A DNA stretch of 64,000 nt, from assembly GCA_949299565.1 (NCBI GenBank), contig OX437086.1, forward strand, positions 791,561 through 855,560, read 5' to 3'. Below, piece by piece: positions 1 to 9,400 of this stretch. Position numbers and translations under genes: made by a program. The DNA comes from an uncultured Bacillota bacterium (GTDB taxonomy: Bacteria; Bacillota_I; Bacilli_A; RFN20; CAG-826). The notes under the pieces were generated by a model, which saw only the letters and a program-made list of their open reading frames with translations, made no database searches and was not told where the DNA came from. Within the stretch, counting starts at the first letter, position 1. Each line of letters opens with the position of its first letter.

Positions 1-968
1 TAACGCAACATCGCCACTCGTTCGATTCCGACGCCAAAAGCGAAACCCGAAACAAGATCCGGGTCATAGCCGCCCATCCGCAAAACATTCGGATGCACTT
101 CGCCAGCGCCCAAAATCTCAATCCAGCCGCTCCCGTGGCACATGTTGCAGCCCTTGCCTCCGCATTTAGCGCAACTGACATCGACTTCCACTGAAGGCTC
201 TGTAAAAGGAAAATAAGAACTCCGCAAACGAATTTCACGCTTCGCACCGAACATCCGTTTGGCAAAAACATCCAAAGTTCCTTTTAAATCAGCCATCGAA
301 ATCCCTTTTCCGATCACAAGACCTTCAATTTGTCCGAACTGATGGGAATGAGTCATGTCGTCATCATCACGACGATAGCATTTGCCTGGCGAAATAATTC
401 GAATCGGTCCTTTGTCTAAACGCTTCTGCATTTCATGAGCTTGAGCAGCGCTCGTCTGTGTTCGCAAAAGGTGGACTGCATCGAAATAAAAAGTATCCTG
501 CATGTCGCGAGAAGGATGATCGGGTGGAATGTTCAAAAGTTCAAAGTTCGCATGATCGGTTTCGTAATCGCTGCCTTCCGCGATTTCAAAACCCATTGAT
601 AGGAAAATATCACTGACTTCATCAACAATCAGCCAAAAGGGATTGCGATGTCCGCTCTTGTAATCGCGACCCGGCAAACTCAAATCAATCTTTTCTTGAG
701 CAAGTTTCTCTTCAAGAGCCGTTTTTTCAAAATCCTTGAGGCGTTTTTTATAGAGTTCACTGAGCAAAGTCTTCGCTTCATTGAGCGCTTTCCCGTATTG
801 TGACTTTTCCTCGCTCGATAAATCCTTTAAAACAGCTAATAGAGGCTGAAAGGCACCCTTTTTAGCCAAATAAAAGTTATAAACACCTTGAATTTCTTTG
901 AGGCTGGAGGCTTTTTCTAGAGCTTTTACCCCATCCTCTTTGACCTTTGCAATCGCTGTTAAATCCAT
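1..968 (-). CDS. pheS: Phenylalanyl-tRNA synthetase alpha subunit (C-terminus cut by window edge)
   Basis: Not in the ORF track because it runs off the window. My minus-strand translation from ATG at 968 gives MDLTAIAKVKEDG...HPSRDMQDTFY...RTQTS...GKCYRRD...HQFGQIEGL...FPFTEPSVEVDVSC..C..GC..C.GSGWIEILGAGEVHPNVL, which are class II PheS motifs. Confidence 0.85.
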   Translation of the reverse strand, partial: MDLTAIAKVKEDGVKALEKASSLKEIQGVYNFYLAKKGAFQPLLAVLKDLSSEEKSQYGKALNEAKTLLSELYKKRLKDFEKTALEEKLAQEKIDLSLPGRDYKSGHRNPFWLIVDEVSDIFLSMGFEIAEGSDYETDHANFELLNIPPDHPSRDMQDTFYFDAVHLLRTQTSAAQAHEMQKRLDKGPIRIISPGKCYRRDDDDMTHSHQFGQIEGLVIGKGISMADLKGTLDVFAKRMFGAKREIRLRSSYFPFTEPSVEVDVSCAKCGGKGCNMCHGSGWIEILGAGEVHPNVLRMGGYDPDLVSGFAFGVGIERVAMLR

Positions 969-1036
969 AAGATTCTCCACAAAGTTCTTTTAACCTTTCA
1001 CATTATAGAAGTCTTCTCACCATTTATGGAAGAAAA

Positions 1037-1777
1037 CTAAAACTTTTTAAGTTTTAAACTCTCTTGATACATGTACATGAGAATTCCGCCCGCCACTCCG
1101 ACATTGAGCGAATCAAGATTTTTCATCGGAATTTTAATTTTCGAATCAGAAAAAGAGAGCAAGGCTTCAGAAATTCCGCGCGCCTCACTTCCTAAAGCAA
1201 TCATCGCTTTTTGATTATCGAAACTATCAAGCGAAAGAGACGACGAATCCGCATCTAAAGACGTTGCATAAAGCTTGTAGCCTTTTTTCTTATATTCCTC
1301 CAACGATTGATAGTCACTGCCGAATTCGAGAACGTTGAGGCGAAAAATCGCTCCTTGCGACGCCATTAAAACCTTCGGATGATAAGGATGGACGCCGTCT
1401 CCATAAAGAAAAACATTGAAGAAAGAAAATGAAAGAGCCGAACGAAAAAGAGTTCCGACATTGCCGGGATCTTGCAAGGAATCTAAAACAAGAATCGGTC
1501 CTTCAACTTCAACCTTTTCTTTTTTCTTGCATAAAGCCATTACTCCGTCCGGCGTGACTAAGCTTGAAAGACGTTTAAACACCCGCTTTTCAACTTTGAT
1601 CGCTCCTTTATAAAAGTCTTTATCCGGCATCTCGAAAATCGCTTCGACCGCCTTGTTTTTTAAGGCTTCTTCCACTAGGTGTCGCCCTTCAACGAAGAAA
1701 TAAGGACTTTGATTTTCTTTCTTTATTTTCAGAAGTTCTTCTGCTCTTTTGTTTTTTAAACCGATGTAATCATGCAT
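1037..1777 (-). CDS. SpoU/TrmH-family RNA 2'-O-methyltransferase (YsgA/RlmB-like)
   Basis: SpoU motifs are present: LDSLQDPGNVGTLFRSA, ALGSEARGIS, IPMKNLDSLNVGVAGGILMY. It sits directly upstream of pheS, as in Bacilli. Confidence 0.8.
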   Translation of the reverse strand: MHDYIGLKNKRAEELLKIKKENQSPYFFVEGRHLVEEALKNKAVEAIFEMPDKDFYKGAIKVEKRVFKRLSSLVTPDGVMALCKKKEKVEVEGPILVLDSLQDPGNVGTLFRSALSFSFFNVFLYGDGVHPYHPKVLMASQGAIFRLNVLEFGSDYQSLEEYKKKGYKLYATSLDADSSSLSLDSFDNQKAMIALGSEARGISEALLSFSDSKIKIPMKNLDSLNVGVAGGILMYMYQESLKLKKF

Positions 1778-2384
1778 ATTCTTGCCTCAAAAGTTTTTTC
1801 CGACATTCATAATAATCAGGGAAGCGACTGAGAAGAAAATTATAAAATCTTTGGCTATGATCATGAACATGATAATGCGTGAGTTCGTGGGCAATCACCG
1901 AATCGACTATATGAGGGGAATACGGGACTAAAAGGAGTGAAAAGGAAAGGGCCCGACTTCTTGTAGAATTGCTGCCATATCGCGTTTTGGCTTTATGAAT
2001 TTCTAAATGATAAAAATCGTTCGGCACTTCAAATTTTAATGACAACTCCGGAAGGCGCGAGGCAATATATTCTCCGAGTCTTCTTTTCAAATATCGTTCT
2101 TGATTGCTCTTTTTCATTAAAGAAAAGCCAGGAATCAACTCCTCTTTCCCTAGAACGATCACTTTATCGCCATGAACGATGGGTTTGTTTTCCTTCTTTT
2201 TCAAACGCGGATAGACCTCGTTTGCAAAGCTTTCAATCGAAATCAAGGAAACGCCATACGGCGCGCTGATGCGCAACTTGTTATTTTCAAAGCGAAAGCG
2301 AATGTTTTTCATCCCGCTTTTGTAAGTCAAAGAATAAAGCACTTCTTCTCCTTTTATTTGAAAAGTTCCTTCTTTCGTTTTCAT
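1770..2384 (-). CDS. YgjP-like (DUF45) zinc metallohydrolase
   Basis: Contains the HExxH-type motif AHELTHYHVHDH near the C-terminus. I chose the start at internal ATG 2384 (MKTKEG...) to avoid overlapping the divergent gene. Confidence 0.65.
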   Translation of the reverse strand: MKTKEGTFQIKGEEVLYSLTYKSGMKNIRFRFENNKLRISAPYGVSLISIESFANEVYPRLKKKENKPIVHGDKVIVLGKEELIPGFSLMKKSNQERYLKRRLGEYIASRLPELSLKFEVPNDFYHLEIHKAKTRYGSNSTRSRALSFSLLLVPYSPHIVDSVIAHELTHYHVHDHSQRFYNFLLSRFPDYYECRKKLLRQEYA

Positions 2385-2463
2385 CTCGTTAATTATCCAA
2401 CATCTTAGAAGAAACCGCACTTCCATGATGCAGAAAAGACGAAAAACATATAAGATAACGCCT

Positions 2464-2985
2464 ATGGAAAAGATTCTTGTCAGTGCTTGTTTACTCGGCG
2501 ATAAAACGCGTTATGATGGAAAGGATAATTTTTTCCCTTTCATCCGCACGCTCAATCAAAAATACGATATCATCCCTTTTTGCCCGGAGGTCGAAGGCGG
2601 TCTTCCAATTCCGCGCGAACCAGGTGAAATTAAAGGTGCTTCTATCGTTACTAAAGATGGAAAGGATTTGACAAAATTCTATCAAGAAGGCGCCAAAAAA
2701 GCGCTTGCCCTCTGCCTCTATTTCAATATTAAAATCGCAATTTTGAAAGACCGTTCGCCTTCATGCGGTTCTCGCTTCATCCACGATGGAAGCTTTTCAA
2801 ATAAACTCATTGACGGAACGGGAATTACCGCTCGACTTTTAATCGCGCACGGCATCAAAGTGTATTGTGAGAACGATAACTTAGAATTTCTCCTCAAAGA
2901 ACCAAAGAGTTCTTTCTCTTCTTTAAGAAAAACTTCTAGAAGATCTCCCAATGACAAAAAAACTCTCAACAAAAAGAATCGTTAA
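2464..2985 (+). CDS. DUF523 family protein (YbbK / 2-thiouracil desulfurase-like)
   Basis: MEKILVSACLLG..TRYDG...CPEV.GGLP.PR...SPSCG is the Cys pattern typical of DUF523. Start placed at ATG 2464. Confidence 0.6.
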   Translation: MEKILVSACLLGDKTRYDGKDNFFPFIRTLNQKYDIIPFCPEVEGGLPIPREPGEIKGASIVTKDGKDLTKFYQEGAKKALALCLYFNIKIAILKDRSPSCGSRFIHDGSFSNKLIDGTGITARLLIAHGIKVYCENDNLEFLLKEPKSSFSSLRKTSRRSPNDKKTLNKKNR

Positions 2986-3491
2986 AAACATCAGTCTCAT
3001 CGCTCTTTTTAGCGCTTTAAGTCTCGTTCTAGCCCTTTTTGTCCGCGTCCCCTATAGCGCAGGCGGCTATTTTAATTTGGGCGATACGATAATCCTTTTA
3101 AGCGCTTTTATGTTCCCAACTTTAAGTCCCTACATCGCGATTATAAGCGGCGTCTTATCCTGATCTTTTAAGCGGTTCTCTCTTTTTCTTGCCCTTCACG
3201 ATTTTTGCAAAGCTTTCGCTTGTTTTGCCGCTTTTTCTTTTTCATAAAAGAGCGTTTTCGCCTCTTAAAAGTTTCCTTCTATCATTTATAGGCATTATCC
3301 TTCAAACCCTTATCTATTTTCCTTCCTATTATCTTGCAAGCGGAAAGTTATCTTATCTATCATCGCTTTTTGATTTTTTGCAGGGTCTAATTTCTCTTGC
3401 CTTAAGTTTCGTTTTTGCCTCGATTCTCAAGAAAAAAGGCGTTCCTCACGAAACGCCTCTAAAAACGAAAAGAAAAGAGAACCGCAATTAA
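2951..3491 (+). pseudogene. ECF-transporter S-component-like membrane protein, split by a frameshift near 3155-3163
   Basis: ORF 2951..3163 ends ...IISGVLS*. The other frame continues (P)DLLSGSLFFLPFTIFAKLSL..., which runs into ORF 3189..3491. Joined, they give a roughly 175 aa polytopic protein with S-component-like features (GDTIILLSA, DLLSG). Confidence 0.55.
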
Positions 3492-3727
3492 TGCGGTTTT
3501 TTAATCTCGTCCGCGGACGCGACTTTATTGACTTTCTCGTCACCTCTAACAAGAAAATAAACGGTGAAGGCCCAAAGGACCACCGTCACTAAAGTAAAGA
3601 CAACGCCGAATGTTAAATAATACGTGAATTGCTCAGCTGTCGCCGTGACAAGAAAAGCGTAAAAGAAGATCGCGACAATTAAGGAAGCAAAGCCGCTCCA
3701 GAAGAGAATTTTCGAAGTTTTTAGCAT
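3488..3727 (-). CDS. Small two-TM membrane protein, unknown function
   Basis: 79 aa ORF with two hydrophobic segments. No recognisable motif. Confidence 0.4.
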   Translation of the reverse strand: MLKTSKILFWSGFASLIVAIFFYAFLVTATAEQFTYYLTFGVVFTLVTVVLWAFTVYFLVRGDEKVNKVASADEIKKPH

Positions 3728-3773
3728 TTAAAGAACCTCCGTCTAACTTGATTATAACATAGAGAAAAAGAAA

Positions 3774-3797
3774 AGCCCCATCGATAACGATGGAGCT
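3774..3797 (-). terminator. Intrinsic terminator downstream of the msmX-like gene
   Basis: Inverted repeat agccccatcg/cgatggagct with loop ataa. A U-run follows on the minus strand (the A-run at 3761-3773 on the plus strand). Confidence 0.5.
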
Positions 3798-3812
3798 TCT
3801 CAATTAAAATGA

Positions 3813-5176
3813 TTAATAAATCCGCTTTTCGGTGATCGTGTCGAAGATATGCGCTTTCGAAATATCGAAGAGGATCTTCATCTTATCGCCGATCTTGATG
3901 TCTTGGACAAAAGGAATTTTGGCAACTAAATCGATACCCGCGAAATCCGTATGGACATAATATTCGTGGCCGAGAAGCTCTGCCACTGCAACATCGATGT
4001 CATAAGCTTCGCCGCCATATTTCGAAATATGCTCGGCATCTCCTTGGTGAATGTCCTCTGGTCTAATGCCGAAGACAATTTCATGAGAAGAGATAAGGTA
4101 ATGCTTGTAGGTCTCAATCCGTTTCGAGAGCATTTCCATTTGCTCAGCAATTTTCGGATCGCCTTTTTCAGCGTTTTCTTTGCCGAGCGCTTCTAATTTG
4201 GCCTTATCGCTTTCGATTTCGTTCTTATAGAAGTCGTCGTGGGCTTTCTTCACTTCATCCGTGCATTTGATCTTATGACCATTGGCCAAGATAAGAACGC
4301 CGTTATCATATGTAACTTTCATCATGTTCATCGAAGGCGAACCGATGAAGGTCGCAACGAAGATATTTGCCGGTTTATTATAAATTTCAATCGGGCTTCC
4401 GATTTGTTGGATGTGACCGAGTTTCATAACGACGATTCGGCTCGCCATCGTCATCGCCTCAGTTTGGTCGTGAGTAACATAAATCGTTGTTGCGCCTAAG
4501 GCCTCATGAAGTTTAATAATCTCAGAACGCATCTGAACGCGGAGTTTCGCGTCTAAGTTCGAGAGCGGCTCGTCCATCAAGAAGACTTTGGCGTTTCTGA
4601 CAATCGCCCGTCCGAGCGCGACTCTCGTCTTTGACCGCCGGAAAGAGCTTTCGGTTTCCTGTCAAGATATTCTTCGATTTGGAGAATCTTCGCTGCGTCA
4701 TGAACGCGCTTATCGATTTCAGCTTTCGGAAGGTGTTTGATCTTCAAACCGAACGCCATGTTGTTATAAACGGTCATGTGCGGATAAAGAGCGTAGCTCT
4801 GGAAGACCATCGCGATATCACGATCTTTTGGAGAACGATCGTTAGAATATTCGCCATCGATGTAAAGTTCACCATTCGTGATTTCTTCAAGACCCGCGAT
4901 CATCCGAAGGGTTGTCGATTTACCACATCCGGACGGACCGACGAAAACGATGAATTCGTGTTGATTGATGTCTAAGGTAAAATCGTAAACAGCTTGAACG
5001 CCATTGTCATAGATTTTATCGACATGTCGCAAAGAGACGTATGATAAATCAGTCGGAACCGAATTACTGATCCCTTTGGCGGCCAATTCCTTCTGCCGTT
5101 TTTCCTTTTTCTTCTTTTCTTTTTCGATATAGGCGGCTTCTTTTTCTTCTGCCGTTTTCTTTTTAAACACTGCCAT
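3813..5176 (-). pseudogene. msmX: MsmX/UgpC/MalK-type sugar ABC transporter ATPase, frameshifted between the signature motif and Walker B
   Basis: ORF 4577..5176 has Walker [10 protein letters not shown] and the signature start LSGGQR, then goes out of frame ([16 protein letters not shown]). The adjacent frame reads [30 protein letters not shown] and continues into ORF 3813..4580. This is consistent with one missing base in caaagac-gagagtc at about 4624-4630. There is also a K/E-rich N-terminal extension of about 45 aa. Confidence 0.8.
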
Positions 5177-5229
5177 TAAATGTGCACCTCACTTTGCCCT
5201 TCATTATAAAGAGGGATGTAAGGGCTTTC

Positions 5230-5246
5230 TTGTGCACAATGCACAA
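5230..5246. promoter_or_regulatory. Perfect 7-3-7 palindrome TTGTGCA-CAA-TGCACAA upstream of the msmX-like gene (candidate operator)
   Basis: Read directly from the sequence. It lies about 22 nt upstream of a minus-strand TATAAT (plus-strand attata, 5203-5208). Confidence 0.25.
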
Positions 5247-5251
5247 ATCGA

Positions 5252-5821
5252 CTAATTAGCAAAGCGCAAATAGAGACTGAACAAGAGAGCGTTATGAAAT
5301 TCGCGAATATCAAGCGAAGTTTCGTTTATGAAACGTTCGAGGCGATAATTGAAGGTATTGCGATGAATATAGAGAGCTTCCGAAGCTCTTACCGCGGACA
5401 AATCGCTTTCTAGATATGCTTTGGCGGTAAGCAAAAGATCTTGAGATAATCCGCTGAATTCTCTTTTAAGAAGCGGAAGAGAGGAATAATCGCCAAAAGA
5501 AAATTCTTTGAGCAAAACATCAGCAATCGTTAAAGCGGCGTTCGGAAAATTTTCATAAGCGCTTCGAAGGCAATGCTCAGTCAAAAGAGACTCCCGATGC
5601 GCTAGCAAAACCGAAATGTTATATCCAAGATCTTCCGAAATCGAAGGAAGAAGACCTTGTAAAGTCAATATCAAAGAATAAGGAGCAGAAAAAGAAGCCA
5701 CGTATTTATCGATGTAAGACCAAGAACTTGAAGAAGTGAGATCTTTGAAAAGACGGCGGAAAAGCGGATCTGAAACTTCTTTGCCACTCCGCAAGAAAAA
5801 AAGCGACCACTTCTCCTTCAT
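5252..5821 (-). CDS. PucR/CdaR-family C-terminal HTH regulator
   Basis: The C-terminal segment ALYIHRNTFNYRLERFINETSLDIRE matches the PucR-type HTH pattern. It lies 1 nt downstream of the GH13 gene. Confidence 0.6.
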   Translation of the reverse strand: MKEKWSLFFLRSGKEVSDPLFRRLFKDLTSSSSWSYIDKYVASFSAPYSLILTLQGLLPSISEDLGYNISVLLAHRESLLTEHCLRSAYENFPNAALTIADVLLKEFSFGDYSSLPLLKREFSGLSQDLLLTAKAYLESDLSAVRASEALYIHRNTFNYRLERFINETSLDIREFHNALLFSLYLRFAN

Positions 5822-5822
5822 T

Positions 5823-7529
5823 CTAACGAAGCCTCAATAAAAGCGTCTCAAAAGGACGGAGCGTGAAAACATGATCTTTGAGAATAACGCCATCGTAATT
5901 TTGAAGAAGGATATCCGCGATTTGATAGTCGAAAGTGAAATATACTTCATAAGGCCTGAAATTAGAAATCACCATCAAACGCGTATCGTTGCCGCGATGA
6001 AGATAAGAAAGGACATCCGGATGATTCCAGTCAACGATTTCTAACGGAGCACGGAGCACTAAATCGTTGATAAAAGGGTCGCGGCGGAGATTAATCGCAT
6101 ATTGATAGAAATTTAAAATCGAATAAGGATCTTCCATTTCATCTTGAACATCGAATCCTTCTTTATAATCAAATCCTAACGGCATCCTTGGCAAGGTCTT
6201 AGAAAACCCGGCGTTTTCATCATGATTCCACTGCATTATCGAGCGCCCGTTCATCCTAGCAGCCCGTCGGAAAAAATTTAGAATTTCTTGATCGCTATAA
6301 CCCTCTCTTCGGAAGGAAGAAAGCGAGTCCTTTGTCCCGACATCCATCGTGAAACTTTCTAGCGGCGCTTCTAAAAGATTTGCAAGACCAATCTCTTCCC
6401 CGTAATGGAGAAAAGGGGTGCCGTAGAAGAAAAGAAGCGTATTTGCCAGCATTTTAGCTGATTCATTCCGATATTTTAGAGAGCCGTACTGACTGAGAAC
6501 GCGCGGATGATCGTGATTACACCAATAAAGCGGCATATCGCAATTTTCATGGCAAGCCTCATACCACCTCATAAAATTATGCTTGAGAAGAAGGACGTCT
6601 GTCTTGATTTCTTCATCTTTTTTTCCGATCGAGCCGAAATTGCCGTTATTCCATACGGTGTCAAAGTTAAAAAGAAGGTTGAGAGTTCCTTTCTCGCGGT
6701 CAGCCAAAAGGCGTCCTTGTTCTGGCTGAATTTCACCACCGACTTCGCCAATCAAAAGAACTGGTTTTCCTAAAAAGGAGGCTCTCAATTCCTTGAGGTA
6801 AGAAAAAACTTCCGGACGATTTGAAAATTTTGAAGTGTCGAGAACTGTTCCGTCTTTTCCAACTGGCAAAGTCGAATCGCTCCAGCTTAAGTCCTTGCCT
6901 AAATGCGCGACGGCATCCAAGCGGAAACCATCCACCCCTTTTTCTACCCAATAATTGGCAATCTTAAAATATTCTTTGCGCAATGACGGATTATTCCAAT
7001 TCACGTCCGGCATCTTGCGCGAAAAAGTATGAAAGTAAAATTCATCAGTTCCCGGGACTCTTTCCCATACCGAAGAGGTAAAGAAGCTGCTCCAATTAGT
7101 CGGCGGCATCAATTTCCCATCAACGTAACGCCCTTTTTTGAAAATATAGTAGTCGTGTTCCGGAGCGTTTTCATCATGAAGAGCTCTTTGAAACCACGGA
7201 TGTTCATCGCTCGTATGATTGAGAACTAAATCCATGACGATCCGAATGTTTCTTTGATGGGCTTCTTTGAGAAGAACAATGAAATCTTCATCAGTCCCGA
7301 AACGCGGATTTATGTGGTAATAATCGCTGACGTCGTAGCCATTATCATCCATCGGCGAAGCAAAAATCGGGCAAATCCACAAAAGATTAACTCCCAATTC
7401 TTTCAAATAATCTAATTTCTCGATGATGCCTCTTAAATCACCGATGCCATCACCGTTTCCGTCTTTGAAGCTCTCGGGATAAATGATATAACCGATGGCT
7501 TCATTCCACCAGTTGGATCCGTTTTCCAT
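5823..7529 (-). CDS. GH13 alpha-glucosidase / oligo-1,6-glucosidase family
   Basis: WWNEAIGYIIYPESF, GDLRGI..KLDYLKELGVN..W..PIF.SP..D.GYD, DLVLNHTSDEHPWF, GVDGFRLDAV.H, IGEV and NHDHPR are GH13 conserved regions I-IV. Start chosen at ATG 7529 (MENGSNWW). Confidence 0.85.
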   Translation of the reverse strand: MENGSNWWNEAIGYIIYPESFKDGNGDGIGDLRGIIEKLDYLKELGVNLLWICPIFASPMDDNGYDVSDYYHINPRFGTDEDFIVLLKEAHQRNIRIVMDLVLNHTSDEHPWFQRALHDENAPEHDYYIFKKGRYVDGKLMPPTNWSSFFTSSVWERVPGTDEFYFHTFSRKMPDVNWNNPSLRKEYFKIANYWVEKGVDGFRLDAVAHLGKDLSWSDSTLPVGKDGTVLDTSKFSNRPEVFSYLKELRASFLGKPVLLIGEVGGEIQPEQGRLLADREKGTLNLLFNFDTVWNNGNFGSIGKKDEEIKTDVLLLKHNFMRWYEACHENCDMPLYWCNHDHPRVLSQYGSLKYRNESAKMLANTLLFFYGTPFLHYGEEIGLANLLEAPLESFTMDVGTKDSLSSFRREGYSDQEILNFFRRAARMNGRSIMQWNHDENAGFSKTLPRMPLGFDYKEGFDVQDEMEDPYSILNFYQYAINLRRDPFINDLVLRAPLEIVDWNHPDVLSYLHRGNDTRLMVISNFRPYEVYFTFDYQIADILLQNYDGVILKDHVFTLRPFETLLLRLR

Positions 7530-7597
7530 ATTAAGAGCATATACCAACTTTCCCTTTTTGATAAGAGGTTTCCCTCTTAAGGGAAACAAGGCATAAT

Positions 7598-9400
7598 ATG
7601 CCCGTGAAAAAGCTTTGGAAAACATGTTATGAACTTTCAAGAGGTCATCACCTCGTCTATGTTTTTTCTTTGTTGAGTCAAATTCTCATGGTTTTTTGCA
7701 GTGTTTTCTCTACATTTTTGATTAAAGTTCTTTTGGACACTCTCGGCGGTTTAGACGAGCTTTTATCCGCGCCCTTCTTCGAACAATGGGTGATAACAAT
7801 TCTCACGCAAGGAAGAGGACCCGGTTATTTAATCGCCAATCAAATTTATATTCTTCCAGTAGCAGTCGTCAGTTTTGGCGCAATGACCGCTATTGCTTCT
7901 TTCCTTCGAATGTCACTAAGAAGTTATGCTGCTTCTGCCATCAATTGCTCGATGCAACTGACGGTCTTTTTCCATCTTGAAAGCGTTTCTTATCCCTACT
8001 TTAAAAAAGCGAAGGGCGGAGATTTAATTCAAACGTGCACGAGAGATTTAGATGTCATTAGAAAATTCATGATTGCTGATCTTTCGAATTTCAACTACAC
8101 AATTTGGATGGTTCTTTTTTGTTTCCTTTTCTTGCTCGGCCTTTCGTGGGAATTGACTCTTGTTTCGATGGCGCTTTTCCCGGTGATGTTCATTTATTCA
8201 TTCCTTCTCATTAAGGAAGTCCGAAAACGTTATCGAAAAACCGATGATTCGGAAGCGAGAATGACTGACCGTATTCAAGAAAACATTGGGGCCGTCCGTC
8301 TCGTCAAGGCCTTCAATAGTGAGAAACGCGAAGTCGAAAATTTCGAAAATTATCTCTCTGATTTCCGAAAGAACTTTATTTCGTGGCGGAAAATGTCGTC
8401 ATTTTTCTTCGCATCTACCGATATTTTAGTTTTTGGCGCGAAGCTTATTTCTCTGATTTATGGAATTTATCTAGCATCTCAAGGAATAATTAATCCGGGG
8501 ACGCTTGTTGTTTCCTTTCTTTTCGTCAACATGATGGTGTGGCCGATCCGCGACACCGCAATGTCGCTTTCAAATCTCGGACAATATTTAGCTTCGATTG
8601 ATCGTATCCGCCTTATTCTCGATGAGCCACTAGAAGACTTAGAAAGCGGACTAACGCCTTCTATATCCGGCCACGTTGTTTTTAACGACGTGTCCTTTCA
8701 TTTCCCCGATGGCGATAAAGACGCCATATCGCACGTCTCTTTCGAAGTTAAAGCCGGACAAACCGTTGCAATCATGGGCAAAACTGGTGCGGGCAAATCC
8801 ACTTTAGCCCTTCTATTAACCCGCTTATACGAAACGGATTCCGGTTCGATAAAAATAGATGATTACGACATTAAAACCATTCAAAAGCACCATCTCCGAA
8901 AAAATGTCGTCCCGATCCTTCAAGATCCTTTTCTTTTCTCCAAAAGCATCTCGGAAAACATTTTAATGGCTAATCAAAAAGCGGATTTGCCGCAATTAAA
9001 ACTCGCGACGCGCGTCGCCTCCATCGATGAGACGATCGCTAATTTTAAGGATGGATATGAAACGCAAGTCGGTGAAAAAGGAATGAGTCTTTCGGGCGGA
9101 CAAAAGCAACGTGTCGCCATCGCCCGCGGATTGATCGCTGAGTCGCCGATCATTATTTTTGACGACTCTTTATCTGCCGTTGATACCGAAACTGATTTAA
9201 AAATTCGCAGGAACCTTTCCACTCTTGAACGCAAATTGACAACATTTATCATTACCCACCGCGTCTCAACAGCTAAAGACGCTGATCTCATCATCGTTTT
9301 TGAAGACGGGAAGGTCAGCGAAATGGGAACTCATCAGGAGCTTCTATTAAAACCTGGACTTTATAAACGAATTGCAGAAATTCAAGGGAGGATGGTCTAA
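7598..9400 (+). CDS. ABC exporter permease/ATPase, subunit 1 of a heterodimer (degenerate Walker B: DD)
   Basis: Six-TM N-terminal domain. NBD has GKTGAGKST, LSGGQKQRVAIARGL, IIIFDDSLSAVD and ITHR. Confidence 0.85.
   Translation: MPVKKLWKTCYELSRGHHLVYVFSLLSQILMVFCSVFSTFLIKVLLDTLGGLDELLSAPFFEQWVITILTQGRGPGYLIANQIYILPVAVVSFGAMTAIASFLRMSLRSYAASAINCSMQLTVFFHLESVSYPYFKKAKGGDLIQTCTRDLDVIRKFMIADLSNFNYTIWMVLFCFLFLLGLSWELTLVSMALFPVMFIYSFLLIKEVRKRYRKTDDSEARMTDRIQENIGAVRLVKAFNSEKREVENFENYLSDFRKNFISWRKMSSFFFASTDILVFGAKLISLIYGIYLASQGIINPGTLVVSFLFVNMMVWPIRDTAMSLSNLGQYLASIDRIRLILDEPLEDLESGLTPSISGHVVFNDVSFHFPDGDKDAISHVSFEVKAGQTVAIMGKTGAGKSTLALLLTRLYETDSGSIKIDDYDIKTIQKHHLRKNVVPILQDPFLFSKSISENILMANQKADLPQLKLATRVASIDETIANFKDGYETQVGEKGMSLSGGQKQRVAIARGLIAESPIIIFDDSLSAVDTETDLKIRRNLSTLERKLTTFIITHRVSTAKDADLIIVFEDGKVSEMGTHQELLLKPGLYKRIAEIQGRMV

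Noticed and set aside
4577-4640. Programmed ribosomal frameshifting in the msmX-like gene.
   Set aside because: The shift site has no slippery heptamer, no homopolymer and no downstream stimulatory structure, and there is no precedent for this family. A mutation or an assembly indel is more parsimonious.
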